DNA from: the human T2T-CHM13v2.0 reference genome, Homo sapiens | Assembly: GCF_009914755.1 (NCBI RefSeq) | Contig: NC_060940.1 | Reading direction: 5' to 3' (one strand) | DNA length: 64,000 nt | Shown here: positions 16,517 to 31,704 of the stretch, one piece after another | Layout of the letters: each line of letters opens with the position of its first letter | How positions within the stretch are numbered: position 1 is the stretch's first letter | The notes under the pieces: model-generated | Told to the model about the DNA's origin: nothing | The model's database searches: none | What the model saw: only the letters and a program-made list of their open reading frames with translations | Position numbers and translations under genes: made by a program

Positions 16517-17241
16517 TCCCAGGAGACATTAATTAACTTGCCACTGGTCTCTAAGCTAAGTAGTTGAAGAGGGCAACAAACCCAGGTGGTCTGACTCCGA
16601 GGCTTGAAGGTCCAGGTTCAGCTACTCCACCAGTATCCCTGGTCAGTCTTTGGCCAGGGCACAGAAGGTGGCATATCAAGTTGTGGGGTCTGATTTGGAA
16701 AGTGTGAGATCCCTCCTTTGTATCTTTTCCAAAGTCCACTCAGAAGAGAGTAGTGTAAAAGGAGTGATAGCACAGCGTGGTCTGGCTGGCATAGTCAGCC
16801 GCCCTGTGATGGGCAGGGGGAAGCTGCTTTCTGTCCTCAAGCAGCCCCTAAACTTGTAGGCCAGACTCATAAATCACACATTGATAACTCAGTGTGATGT
16901 GTGCTGTAATGGTGGAGAGGGGGGAGAAATGCCAGGAGCAGCTCACCTCCCAGGGTCCTGGGGAGGCTGCACAGAGGAGCCTGAGTTCTCAGTTGGGTTT
17001 TGAGGCAGAGGAAGCAGTGAAAGAGAGAGGAAGAATGTCAGTGAGGTGCGGGGAGAAGCAAGAGAGAGAAGACACTTGGCAGGAAGAAGTAGTTGAAGTA
17101 CCCGGGGATGTTTAGCTTGAAGAATAGAAAATTTGGAGGAGGCAGAGAAAAGGCAGGAAACTTTAAAAGCAGGAGAGAAAGACCTCCAGGTTCCCAAAGG
17201 GAGCATGGCACTTCTCAAGGGGGTGAGGTTGACAGCATTAG

Positions 17242-17290
17242 GAGAGAGAGAGAGAGAAAGAGAGAGAGAGAAAGAGAGAGAGCGAGAGAG
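17242..17290 (+). repeat. (GA)n microsatellite
   Basis: Direct read. Confidence 0.9.
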
Positions 17291-17444
17291 TTGTCAAGGA
17301 AGGGAAGGACCCATGGAGGGGAGAGCACAGGTGAAAATGAGAAGTGATGGGAAAATGGGTGGGAAATAAATGAAGTTTTGAGGCCAGTTGAGAAATCTTG
17401 CTTGGTGGTTTCTATTTTCTTTGTGAAGCAGAAAAAAAGAGGAA

Positions 17445-17630
17445 TTAGATAGACCTGCATTCAAATCTCATGACCCCAGGCAAATTTCTTATCCTTAGCT
17501 TCTTCATTTTGAAAAAGGGGTGAATGATAATAGGACCTACCTAATAAGAGTTGTCAGGATCAAATATGTTAGTGCTTGTGTAAGATGCAGTGGCACCCTG
17601 GCACTTAGTACCAAAAAAAAGTACTATAAA
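17445..17630 (+). mobile_element. MIR
   Basis: agacctgcattcaaatc...ataataggacctacct...gttgtcaggatcaaat. Confidence 0.6.
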
Positions 17631-17918
17631 TGTTGTCACCTATTGAGGGAGTCCGGGTTTGGGTGCTTGATATATAGAAATATCATGAATAGCAGCAGAG
17701 AATACAAGAAGAAGAGAAAGCTTGGGGGAGAAGATAGAGAATTATGCGTTGGGTATGTTGAGGATGAGGTGCCTGTGCCATATCCGGGTGTAGGTGCCCA
17801 AAGGCAACTGGAAGTCATGAGAAGTCAGGGATAGAGGTAAATGTTTGGGAGTTGTTAATACAGGGGTGCATTTTTAAAATATCTGAAGTATGTTACTGGT
17901 GGCACTCAAAGATTTTTA

Positions 17919-18291
<373 letters not shown>

Positions 18292-18490
18292 TGTTTTTTT
18301 CTTTTAATTCTTCGGGTTAAGGAGAGTGTCTTAGTTTGGTGCTATCATGTCCTAAACATCTTTCTAATGCATGCAAATCTCCCTTTTAAGCTAAAAGAAT
18401 GAAGCAATCTCAGACTCAGAGCTATGTACCTGCTAGAATTTAATAATTTAAATTTTCATTGTGTTCTTCATACTCACCTTCTATTTATAG

Positions 18491-18839
<349 letters not shown>

Positions 18840-19439
18840 TGCTTTGGTTCTTAAAAACAGAATATCTGGCGAGCCTAACAAGGAGGCTGGTGGTTCCAGG
18901 GTTGGTTTAATCAAAGACTTAACACTGTCATCAAGCGCCTCTCAGTTATTTGCTCTGCCATCCTCAAAATGTGATCAGTGTCTCCCTTCTTGGTCCCAGG
19001 AAGGCTGTGATAGCTCCCAGAATCACATACTCACAGGGCAAAGCAGGAAGGAAGGGGACATAGGACAAAGGATTTGTGTTTAAGTATTTCATGTCACATT
19101 TGCATGTGGTGCTTGGAGCTGTGGCAGCTATGTTTTGACCATGAGGGACAAGGTTGGCAAGCTGTAAATGGCAGTGTAAAAAGAGGGAGAGGATCTGTCT
19201 CCTTCACAATATCCTTGAGCCCCTGAATTCACTAATCTTGATATAGCTCTATCTCTTGAAATTTTGTTTTGTTAGATAATTCTCTTACTGCTTAAAACGT
19301 CTTAAGATGGGTTTTCTGTTCTTTCCAGTAGAATGCATTGTATCTCACACAATTTGAGGTTATTGCCTCAACCTACTCTGAATCATTGCTCCTCCCCCTT
19401 TTTTCCTGGTTGATTAGCTTCTCTTGAGATTGTGTCTTA

Positions 19440-20050
19440 TCTTCCTGGTTTTTTGTATGTCGGGTAATTTTGGATTGTATCCTGGACACTGTAAGTGTTG
19501 TGCTGTGGAGACTCTGGATTCATTCGTATTTCTCTGAAAAGCATTGATGTTTTTGTTTTAGTAGGCCATTGACTTGGTTGGACAGTAGACTGTCTCTGGG
19601 ACACCAGCTCAGATGTCAGTTCTGTTTTTTATTTTATCCTTGAGTCTTCTTTGGGACTGCCCCATGCATGCATGGTTCAAGAGTCAGCCAGACATTTGGG
19701 TGGGGTTTAGACACAGAATTTGGGGCTCTTCTCTCTTGGCTGTCTCTATTATGGAATTCCTTCCTCACTTTCCAGAAGCCGTGAGTGACCTGAAACCTGT
19801 CCTCTGGTTCTGTACACCAGAAAGACTTGAGGCTTCATGTTGAAGTTTTAGCTGACAGCAGCTTGCGTTCAGGGGAAAAGCTGTAAAATGACCATTCCCT
19901 TCTTCCAAGTTTCAACCTCTCTGCAGAATCTGCTTTCTTTTGTTCACTTTCGAGTAATTTCAGGAAAAAATTTTTTTTTCGTTGAGAGTTTTTACTTGTT
20001 ACCTATGGAAAGGTTGGGTCTAGCTGAAGCTTGCTTGCCCATAACAGAAA
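19440..20050 (-). mobile_element. Old L1M 5'-region fragment (approximate)
   Basis: ttttgtatgtcgggtaattttggattgtatcctggaca...gagactctggattc resembles antisense L1MC/ME 5' sequence. Confidence 0.45.
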
Positions 20051-20116
20051 CGAGACTCTTTTCTGTCTAACACATGGGAAAACTAACGCCCAGAGAGGTG
20101 AAGTCATTTCCCCAAT

Positions 20117-20620
20117 TGTCAGAGGCACTTGAGCCAGAGTGACTCCATCTTGAGTAAGGGCTAGGAAAATAAGACCGGGACTTGCTGGGCTGCATTCCCA
20201 GAAAGAAAGGTATTCCTAGCCTCTAGATGTCTACAGTTAAGGGAACAGATTGTTAATGTTTACTAAACAGAGCCAGGCTTGGCAGTGTCCAGCTATCCCG
20301 ATATCTTGAGAACAAAGGCATTCCTAATTTTGCTTTAAGGATAATAATATTGATTATTGCAAAACAGAGTAATTAAGAAAATTAATCCTTTATCACAAAC
20401 CCTTGTAGCAGAACACAGCTCTCCATGATTTTTAAAATCATATATATATGATTTATATATATGATTATATAATATATAACATATATGATCATATAATCAT
20501 ATATATGCATGTGTATGTGTATATATATACACATGCATATATATGTATATATGTGTATATATACATACATATATATGTGTATATATACATACAAATGTAT
20601 GTGTATATATATACATATAT

Positions 20621-20664
<44 letters not shown>

Positions 20665-20866
20665 ATATTTTACCTAGGGTGGACGTGCTCCTTCTCTTAC
20701 TTTTAGGAACCCCCTACTCTGTCTATGGAGTAACTGTTCTTTCACCACTTTACTTTCTTAATAAACTTGCTTTTGCTTTGCACTGTGGACTCACCCTGAA
20801 TTCTTTCTTGTGCAAGATCCAAGAACCCTTTCTTGGGGTCTGGATCAGGACTCCTTTCCTGTAATA
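20117..20866 (+). mobile_element. MER41 solo LTR (ERV1; C/D-like) inserted in a MIR
   Basis: TGTCAGAGGC..CCAGAGTGACTCCATCTTG start; AATAAA and CCAAGAACCCTTTCTTGGGGTCTGGATC..CCTGTAATA end; 4-bp TSD CAAT (20113-20116 / 20867-20870). Confidence 0.9.
20440..20662 (+). repeat. Compound (TA)/(TATG)/(CA)n microsatellite inside MER41
   Basis: Direct read. Confidence 0.95.
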
Positions 20867-21686
20867 CAATGTCACAGAGCTCTTAAGTGGCAGAGCTTGG
20901 GGCCAAACTTAGGCTGCTGCACCCGATGTCCCAGCTCCTCTGCCCTATCTAGCTGTGGATTTGTGCCTCGAAATAGAATTGCATTTTGCATGCAGTTTCA
21001 TTTTCGTATGGAAAGTGTCTATCCTGTAAATGTAACTGTAGCAGCCCCAAAGCTGAGCTGGGCAGTTTTATGGCAGCCTGGAGTCAGTCTTGTCCGCTTC
21101 CAATCAGGGTTCCTGGACTGGCTCCTATATTAAAATTGGTATTAGTAGACAATGTTCCAGGCAGAGTTTTGGATAGAAACTATCCATCAGCACCAAGAAT
21201 GTGCCTGATTTGGTAATCTTTTTACCAAAGTAAAAGTCAGTAGTAAGTTGTGGTTAAAAGAGAGGAAGTTCAGAGTTCAGTACGTTATTTCTCTCTCTCT
21301 CTCTCTTTGTTTAAATAAAAGAGGAAGTTACTGCTCTTATTTTTGTACCAGCCCGTCAGTAATGGGTACAGAGTAAAATCTTAGCTAAGCTGAGGTCAAA
21401 CTTCAAAACTTAGTAATAAGGATCTCCCTTGTTCCTTTGTAGGGCGACTAACATGAAGGTTCTGACTCTTAACCCATAGAGCCACAAAAAATAGTCCTAG
21501 GAAAATCATATGATTTTATTTATTTTAGGAACAGAAATGGTCCCTTCCGAAGTAGAGGCATTTCTACTTCTTTCCTAAACACCATCTCTGCTCAGTGAGC
21601 TCTCCCACCCTCAGGTACTGTGTTTCAGGCTTCTTGCTGTATTGCTAGAAGTATCCTCACCTTCGAGATTAAGAAAAGATATTTAT

Positions 21687-21812
21687 TGCCGGGCACAGTG
21701 GCTCACGCCTGCAATCCCAGTCTTTTGGGAAGCTGAGACGGGAGGATCACTTGAGCCCAGGATCTTGAGACCAGCCAGGGCAGTATAGTGAGAACTCATC
21801 TTGAAAAGAAAA
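21687..21812 (+). mobile_element. FLAM
   Basis: Single left monomer; aagaaaa..atttattg on both flanks. Confidence 0.85.
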
Positions 21813-22102
21813 ATTTATTGAGCTCCTACTGTATACTGGGGATACAGCAATAGGCAAGATAGCCCTTGCTCCTCATGTAACCTACAGATAATAAACAAGA
21901 TTACAAACAAACAAAATAAGAGGTCGTTCTAGATTATGATAAGTGATGGAAAAGAAAAAACCTGTATCTACTTCTTATAGCAGAAACCTGCATTGGGAGT
22001 TGCTGTGATCAAACAGGAAACGGAAGGTGGAGTTTGCTTCTGTATCCCTCCATCCCTGAGTGGAGGCTGGGTGCTTCTCACGACCAGGGCCTCTGAGATT
22101 TC

Positions 22103-22439
22103 TTTTTTTGTTTTTTTAAATTATTTTAGATTAAGGGAGTACATGTGCAGTTTCGTTACGTGGTTATGGAGCGTGATGCTAAGGTTAGGGTTTCTATTGG
22201 TCGCGCCACTCACATAGTGAACCTAGCATCTGATAGGTAGTTTTTTGACCCCCTTCCCCTATGCCCTCTCCCTCTTGGGGTCCCTAGTGTCGGTTGTTTC
22301 CATCTTTATGCCCCTGTGTACCCAATGTTTAGTTCCCACTTCGAAGTGAGAACATGTGGTATTTGGTTTTCTGTTTCTGCATTAATTTGCTTAGGATAAT
22401 GGCCTCCAGCTGCATCCATGTTGCTGCAAAGGACACAAT
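22103..22439 (-). mobile_element. L1PB 3' end (non-inverted arm)
   Basis: catgtgcagtttcgttac...gagaacatgtggtatttggttttctg...gcatccatgttgctgcaaaggaca. Confidence 0.88.
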
Positions 22440-22620
22440 CCAAATAAGCACAATCAGAAATGACCAAGCTGACATTATGACTGATCCCACAGAAACACAG
22501 GAGATCCTCAGGGATGACTATGAACACCTCTATGCACACAAGTTAGAAAACCTAGAGGAAATGGGTAAATTTCCTTTGCACACAACCTCACAAGATTGAA
22601 CGAGGAAGAAATAGAAATCA
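22438..22620 (+). mobile_element. L1 ORF2 fragment in the opposite orientation (inverted arm)
   Basis: Translates [45 protein letters not shown], homologous to ORF2p [40 protein letters not shown]. Confidence 0.88.
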
Positions 22621-22664
22621 AGATTTATTTTCTGTTTTGTTTGTGTGTGTGTGTGTGTGTGTGT

Positions 22665-22832
22665 GGTTTTTTGTTTGTTTGTTTGTTTTTTGGACAGGAT
22701 CTCATTCTGTCACTCAGACTGAGGTACAGTAGCACAATCACACCTCACTGCAACCCTGACCTCCTGGGCTCAGGTGATCCTCCCACCTCAGCCTCCAGGG
22801 CAGCTGGAACTACAGGCATGTACAACAATGCC

Positions 22833-22922
<90 letters not shown>

Positions 22923-22994
22923 ATATTTAAATTTTTATATATAAATATATATCTATCTTTGTAGAAATGGGGTTTTGCCATGTTGTGCAGGCTG
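22665..22994 (-). mobile_element. Truncated AluJ with (TA)n(TG)n in its linker (22838-22950)
   Basis: Right arm, then microsatellite, then a partial left arm. Confidence 0.85.
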
Positions 22995-24193
22995 AAATTG
23001 AGATTTCCTAATGTAAGAAACAGAGCCCCAAGGGGCTCTTCTTGGGCTGGTCGCTGTATTTCATCAGGTGCCTCTGTGTTGGACACTTACTTCCCTCCAT
23101 TGCATAGATTGGATCCTTTATGCTTAGCCTAGACTCTGCCCTTTGGGATGCAAGGAGCTGAGTGAAGGTTCTGGGAGAGTAGGCTTAAGCCCAGAAGAGG
23201 GAGGCCTCTCTCTGGATGTCATGCTAGAGCCTGCCTTTTAGTCTTTGTGTTTCTACTCTCCATCCTCCTCTTCTGGAGTTCAGAACCCCTTCCTGGTCAA
23301 ATTGCCCCCGGGCTCTATGGGATCCTGTGGGATTCTATCCTTTGAGTCTACCCCACCCTTCAAGTACTTCCTGTCTTTTCACACCTAAGTGAAAGTAGGA
23401 TAAGAACAGCAGTTGTTAACTTGATTGATTGTAAATTGCCTTCATTAGAAAATGTTAATTATCGCCCCTGGGAAGGGATTAATCCTTTAGGTCTCTAGGT
23501 TACTAGACTGGCAAAAGCCAGGTGTGCCTTGGTTGACTGTTTCTTTCTGAGAGTAAAGAGAAAACATCAGGGGAGGTAGAAACCTCAGTCATGGGGTAAT
23601 CATTATGGCCATGTTTATCCCCATACGCGTATCTTCTGCTGATTCTGGAGTCAGCTAGATTTTGTGACCCAGCATAGATGATATAGTGACATTGTCCTGC
23701 TGTGTTAAAAAATTTAAGTTCATAAGAAATGCATAAGTACAATCTCATCAGGATAAATTACACAACATAGATAAGATTGAAGACCTTTTAACTCTTTTGA
23801 CATCTCAATTTAGTCCCCTCTACCTTCCCCAGAAGCCTATTGTTTGTAAATTTGGTGTCTCTTATAGAACTCTGTAGCATTCCAAAGTCTGAACTTTCTC
23901 CCATGCATATGGCCACTTCCCTGTTGATGAACATTTAGATTCTTTTTTGGAGGGGTTGTGTCTATTACAAACAGCATGGCAATGAGCATCTTTCTACACA
24001 TCTCATCAATATGCAAGTGTTTCTCGTGTTCCTCGGAAGTATAATGGCTTAGCCCTGGGGTATACACGATTCAGCTTTTAATAGGTTTTGCCAAATGTTC
24101 TCCAGAATAGCTGGACCACTGTATACTCCCACCAGCAGTTTGTGTTTCCGTCTCACTGCATCTTTCCCAGACCATGATATTATCAGGCCTTAA

Positions 24194-24758
<565 letters not shown>

Positions 24759-25754
24759 ACCTCTTCCTACTAGTGAGACTGAACATCTTTTTACATATTT
24801 ATTGGACAATTGTATTTCATCTTCTATGAATGTCTCCCTCCCCACTTTTTTATAATTTCATATTGATTTGTAATAATTTTTATTTCAATCTACTAGACAC
24901 TGATCCTTTGCTCGTTGTTTGTGTTTGTGTTGTCTATTTTCATCAAGTCCTGGGTCCTGTGTCACTTTAGTGCCATAAGGGAATGACAGACTCCCTTATT
25001 ATTGGTTTAGCTCTTGAAGCCTAACAAAGTGTTTCCAAACAGTTCATTATTCCCACTTTAAGGATGTGAAGACTGAGGCTCAGGGTCACAACTTGTGCAA
25101 TCTTGGGTAGACTTTGAATCTCTGAGCAGACTTAGAAGTAGACCAAACTGCTGTGAGCCACAGGGAGATTATTATTGCTAACTTTTCCCTGTTAGCCAAA
25201 CACTTCTGCTTGGTCCCTCTAGAGAGAAGTCTTTAATTATTCATCTCTTTCCAAGTAATTGGCGACAAGTCCTGCAGCTGGGAGTTGGAATAAACTTGGT
25301 TGCTAAAAGCATCCATCACACATAAAACAGGAGATCTGGCTCCAAAGAATGGTAGATGTAGATCTTCCCCTACGGATTTGTTTTCTGAAGATCTCTTTAT
25401 ACACTGACCTCAGCCTTTTGCTGACCTATCCTTGTGAACTGAAGGCTGAAAAAACCAATGTAGCCATGGTCCACATCCATTTATCACTTTCAGAAATGGC
25501 CCCTGCACTTTATATTTCTTCAGGTCCTGCAAAAAATATTGAAAATCCTTTACAAATAGAGGCAAGGTCAGGCCATCCCTGTGGGATTTCCAGGGAGCAG
25601 TGCACTGACCCGTTTTGCAGAATGGGAAGCAAAAAATAAAACTCAGACTTAGACAGCTGGCATAAGCAAGGACTTCCCTATTCTGAGTGCCAAATGTCAA
25701 TTTGAAATACTTGAACTTTTATTCTCTGGGACATGTACTGGCATTAGTAAGAAT

Positions 25755-25975
25755 TTCTATTTATTGAGCATTTATTTGGGGCAGGCAGATGATAAGTTAT
25801 ACACATTAATTATCTTATTTGATTTTCACAATGACCTATCAGTTACATAATTGATTGTCTGCATTTTATGGATAAATAACCTGAGGCTCAGTTATTTGAC
25901 TTGCTCAAGGTGATGTAACAAGTAAATGGCAGAGCCATGATTTAAATAACAAAACGCATGCTCTTAATCACCACA
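25755..25975 (-). mobile_element. MIR
   Basis: atttattgagcattta...cattttatggataaataacctgaggctcag..gacttgctcaaggt. Confidence 0.7.
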
Positions 25976-26350
25976 TTAATGTCTTGATATCAATTAATAG
26001 AACCATTTCCCCTCCATTTTCTCTTTAGTTTCAGAACTGGTAAGAGTTTGTCTAATAAGATTTTTATAAAGTGGTGATATGAATGGCTTTTGGGGATGGA
26101 GACTGGGGCCAGCTGCCAAGGGTACCCATCTCACACGAAGCATCAGGTCCACTTGGGTTTGTTTTTGGCTGATTACAATCTTGAATCAAACTTTTCAGTA
26201 CAGCTGGTCTCCCAAGAACTTTCTAATGTTGATTTGAGCTTCCCTGAATGAATCTCAGAAAATAAGAAAGGGAGAGAGAATGCCTGTGTATTGAGCTTGA
26301 CCCATTTCACAGATGCCGAAATAGAAGTGAGGCGACTTGCCCAGGGTCCC

Positions 26351-26774
26351 TGTGGTGGATTGTGTTGTTGTCTCAATTATTTGCTCCCACCTCATACAAG
26401 GATTATACATTTCACACATGGCTATGTGACATACATGTCTACTTGCAGAAGGGACACACTTTCCTTCCCACTGATGTGGAGCATTGGCCAGTGGAACGTG
26501 AGCAGACACAATCTACTCTACATTTAAACAGAGGCTTTGAGAAGCTATTGTGTGGTTTAGCCATTGTTCTTCCCACCTCTGCCACAAGACCAAGAAAGGG
26601 CTGTTGCCTCAGCTGCGTCCTGGGATGGAAAAGACACAGGAAGTAGAATCACAGAGCCACAGACAACTGCAGTGACACGTAGCACGAGTAAGAGCTAAAC
26701 TTCGAATATTGTAAGTCACTAGAATTTTGGGGTTGCTTATTATTGCACTTACCTACCAAAAGCTGACTAATACA
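26351..26774 (+). mobile_element. MLT1 (H/I-like) LTR inserted in a MIR
   Basis: TGTGGTGGATTG start, AGCTGACTAATACA end; antisense MIR on both sides. Confidence 0.75.
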
Positions 26775-27079
26775 GTCATATAGCCAGTAACTTGACTAAG
26801 CTGGAGCTTGAGCCAGGTCGAACTCCCAATCCTATCCATGGTCTTTTTCTTATTTCAGTCTTCCTTAATATTCCATTCTAACTTACATCATATTTTCTGT
26901 GTCTGTGTGCTGTCTGTCCTTTTTTCTTTTAAATAAATCTTTTTCTACCAAAGATACAGAACAGGAAATAATATTTTTCTTTAAAGAGTCTGTTTTTTCA
27001 TTTCAACCCATTTATTTTGAAGGAAATTTTATCATCGTATAAATAGAAAAACAGTGTCATCACAAATAATTCATAACTA

Positions 27080-27376
<297 letters not shown>

Positions 27377-27689
27377 TTAAACAATATTATGAAGTTCTAG
27401 CTAGGTACTGTTGGCAGACAAGAATCTGATTTTGAAATATCATCTCTCTATGTTCCAAAAAGGAGTTTGGCAAATATTAGAATGGTGTTCAAAACATACA
27501 AGCACCAAACTGATACTTTCTCCTTTGATAAATCAGGAAGATTAAAAAAGAATCAGAAGAACAATTTCTTCCTAGTATGGCTTGGTGTGATGAGTGTCAT
27601 CTGTATTCCATATAAAATTCTTTCAGATATCACCAATGAGTGATATGTTCATTACAATGGGGGGTGTCCCTTTCTTTGGTTCATGTATA

Positions 27690-27870
27690 ATAACTGGAAA
27701 CATGTATATAGCATGTGGTATGTGCCAGGTACTCTTCAAGATACTTTAGTTATTTAATCTATTGTCAGATAAGGAAACAGAGGCTTGGAGAGGCTAAACA
27801 ACTTATCCTAGCTAGAAAGAGGCAGAATTGGGGCTTCAAGTCAGGTCTGTTTGATTCCAGAGGCAACATC
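27690..27870 (-). mobile_element. MIR
   Basis: cagataaggaaacagaggcttggagaggctaa. Confidence 0.65.
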
Positions 27871-28104
27871 CTAAAGCAAAGTTTCCTTCTAACTGCTCAC
27901 TTGGGACTTTTAAACGAAGCCATTAGGTGCTTCACTTTCTTGTAGCATGCCAGAGTGGTAGCTGCTTCAGGGCATCAGCCTGGGGCCACATCAGGACCTA
28001 CCTGCACGTAGGTTGATCAGGACCCTGGCAGGGCTGTCAGGTACAGCCACAAAGCAAACTGTTTCTGACTGTGTTCCCACACTTTCTCAGGCATCCACCC
28101 TGGT

Positions 28105-28588
28105 GTATGAATTTGCTTCTTCTTTATAACAAACTACCTCTAAACTGCACTCTAGTCTACAGATCAGCTGGGCAATGCTGTTGATCTCGGCTGGGCTTGC
28201 TCGTGTGTCTTTGGTCAGCTAGCAGGTTATCTGGGGCCTGATTGGTCTAGGATGGCTTCACTTGCACATCTGGCACTTAGATGTGTGTTAGCTGGAGCAA
28301 TAGGGGGCCTGGACCCCGTGGGTCTCCTTTTCCAGCAGGCCACTTAGGCTTGTTCACAGGGCAGATGGGCCCAGTTCAAAGGGTCTGAGAACACAACGGT
28401 ACTGCAGGATGAGCTTTGGAACTGCTGCACCGTCTCTTCCACTGCATTCTGCATACGGGCCCTAAACAAGTCCCAAGCCTTCCCAGATTCAAGACATGGG
28501 GGATGGGCTGTATCTCTTATGGAGAGAGTCACATAGCAAGGGTGTGGCTCTAGGGAGGAATGAAGAGTGGTCAAGTGCAGCCTGCCAT
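28105..28588 (-). mobile_element. MLT1 LTR (approximate)
   Basis: tataacaaactacctctaaact...ggtctaggatggcttcact...tctcttatggagagag. Confidence 0.55.
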
Positions 28589-28892
28589 GCTGGCTCCTTC
28601 ACCAGCCTGTCAGTTATATGAGCCAATGGGCTGAATCATAGTCATCTTTCTCTCCACATGCCTGGCCCGTGAAGGATTTGCCTGCCCAGCAGAGACCGTG
28701 GAATGAATGTGTGCTCCAGGCACTCTGCCTTCTCTCTCTTCTTTGACTTCTCTAAGCTCGTTCCTGCCCCTGTCCCACTCTGTCTCTCTTCCCCAGGATC
28801 ATGGCATTAGTCGGATCCTTCCCATCATTTTCATTTTAGCTCCAGTATCACCTCTTTGAGCCTTCCCTGACTACCCTTCCAGCATTCTCTAA

Positions 28893-29240
<348 letters not shown>

Positions 29241-29652
29241 TAAAATATTAGTTTGACTTCCTTTTCTAGAATGTAAGCTTTGGGAGAGCGGGGTCCTTGC
29301 CTGTCTTGTTCTCTGTTACTTCTCCAGCTCCCAGAATGGTGGCTGGCACTCAGGGGGTGCTCAACACACATAATTGTCAAGAACATGCTACATCAAGGCC
29401 TGAGTGGCTTTGCCACGGCTCTTCTTGTGACTGCAGGCCTTGGTGCCAGCAGCCACCCCAGTTCCAAGAAATGGTCTCTTGCTGGCCAGCTTAGCAGGAA
29501 GAACTGGCAGCGTTCCTGTTACAGCACTTCCAGGTGGCTGCTTTTCCCTGAGTCCATGTGGCTTCTCCATGTCTCTCTGTTGGAGTCACAAGTTGTGGAA
29601 ATTCACTTAGGCCAACTTAGACCAAGAAGTGGAATAGTTAATAGTTAAATGT

Positions 29653-29882
29653 CAGTCTGGGCAACATAGCAAGACTTCGTCTTTACAAAAAATTTTTAAA
29701 AATATTAGCTGGTGCGGTCGTGTGCACCTGTAGTCCTACCTACTCGGGGGGCTGTGGTGGGAGGATCGCTTGAGCTCAGGAGTTGGAAGCTGCAGTGAAC
29801 TATGATTGTGCCACTGCACTCCAGCCTGGATGACAGAGCAAGACCCTTTATCTAAAAAACAAGAAAAAATTAATAAATAAAA
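29653..29882 (+). mobile_element. 5'-truncated AluJ
   Basis: Starts CAGTCTGGGCAACATAGC; AGTTAAAT on both flanks. Confidence 0.88.
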
Positions 29883-29889
29883 GTTAAAT

Positions 29890-30110
29890 ATAAGGTCTCT
29901 GGAGGTATCCTGTTTGGGTTCAGATTCTGGCTCTGCCACTTCCTAGTTGGGTCACTTTTGGGAAGTTACTTAACCTCTTTGTGCCTCAGTTTTTCACCTA
30001 CAAAAATAGAGCAAAGTGTAAAAATATGAACTACCTCACAGGGTTGTCAGGAAAACTAAATTTTGTGTATGGAAAGCACTGATTGCTGAGCAGATGGTGA
30101 GCATCTCTGA
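29890..30110 (+). mobile_element. MIR
   Basis: tgggttcagattctggctctgccacttcctag...aagttacttaacctctttgtgcctcagttt. Confidence 0.8.
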
Positions 30111-30227
30111 GTAGGAGCTCCTGCTGCCATTATTATTATTATTATTATTGGAGGTTATCATGTGTGATTGAAGAGCAGGAACTTCAGCTGGGCTTCAGGA
30201 GCAACTGGTTAGAAAAACGGAAGACTT

Positions 30228-30778
<551 letters not shown>

Positions 30779-31704
30779 TCAGCTTCTCTTTGTTTTTGGA
30801 CCATGGGTTTTCTGGTTCTTCTTTGGTTCCTGCAGGTCTGACTTTCTCCTTTTTCTGTTGATGGTCTTTCTTGGCCTGTGTTTGCAATGGGTCAACCATG
30901 TGCTTTCTGGCCATACTTCACACTTACTTCCCAACTGGGACAGATAGCATTTCTTAAGTCTAATTCCAAACTTCTGGGATAATCTGATTGCCCTTCATTG
31001 AGTCAGAAGCCAGTGGATAGGGACATGGAAGATGCTATAGCTGGGCTCCACCCTTGCAGGTGAGAGGAGCAGTTTCAGGAAAGTCTGCCAGGCATGAGCT
31101 GAGACCTTAAGAGATGTCAGCTAGAATTAGCCACTGTCAGTATATCTGCTTCTGGGTCCCACTCTTCATCCTGCTTTTCAAGGATTTCAAACATACACTC
31201 CTACTCAGTCTCATGAAAATTATTATTTTTAAAATACCCTTTAGCACATTTACCTCTAATGATACTAGATTCTTGCCTCCTGCCTCTGTAAATCACTCGG
31301 TCACTTCCCGATCTTATATTTGGCTGTCAAGAATGTGGAAATCTCACAGAACCCTTGAATTTCAAAGTTGGAAGGGAAAATTGCTTGTCTATGCTTATAA
31401 AAAATACACACCTACACCCACGTACACATGTATTTACTAAAATAGTATTAGGCTAAATATTCAGTTGTACAGCTTTCTGATTTCATTAACAATGTCTGTC
31501 TTTCCGTGTCAGAAGAGATAGACATTTGAAAAAACGGCAGTGTAGGATTTTGTTCTATGGATGAGCTAAAAGTTCTTTCACCTGTCCACAAACTTCCACC
31601 TAGTCCGTGTGCCTTATAAATCACAAATTCTGAAATCCCATGTAACGTGTCAGCTAGATTCTGCCTATCACTGAGTAGAGATGAACCATCACATCTCATG
31701 TTCT

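Noticed and set aside
21188-21206. REST/RE1 site (TCAGCACCA...)
   Set aside because: Only the left half matches; there is no GGACAG right half.
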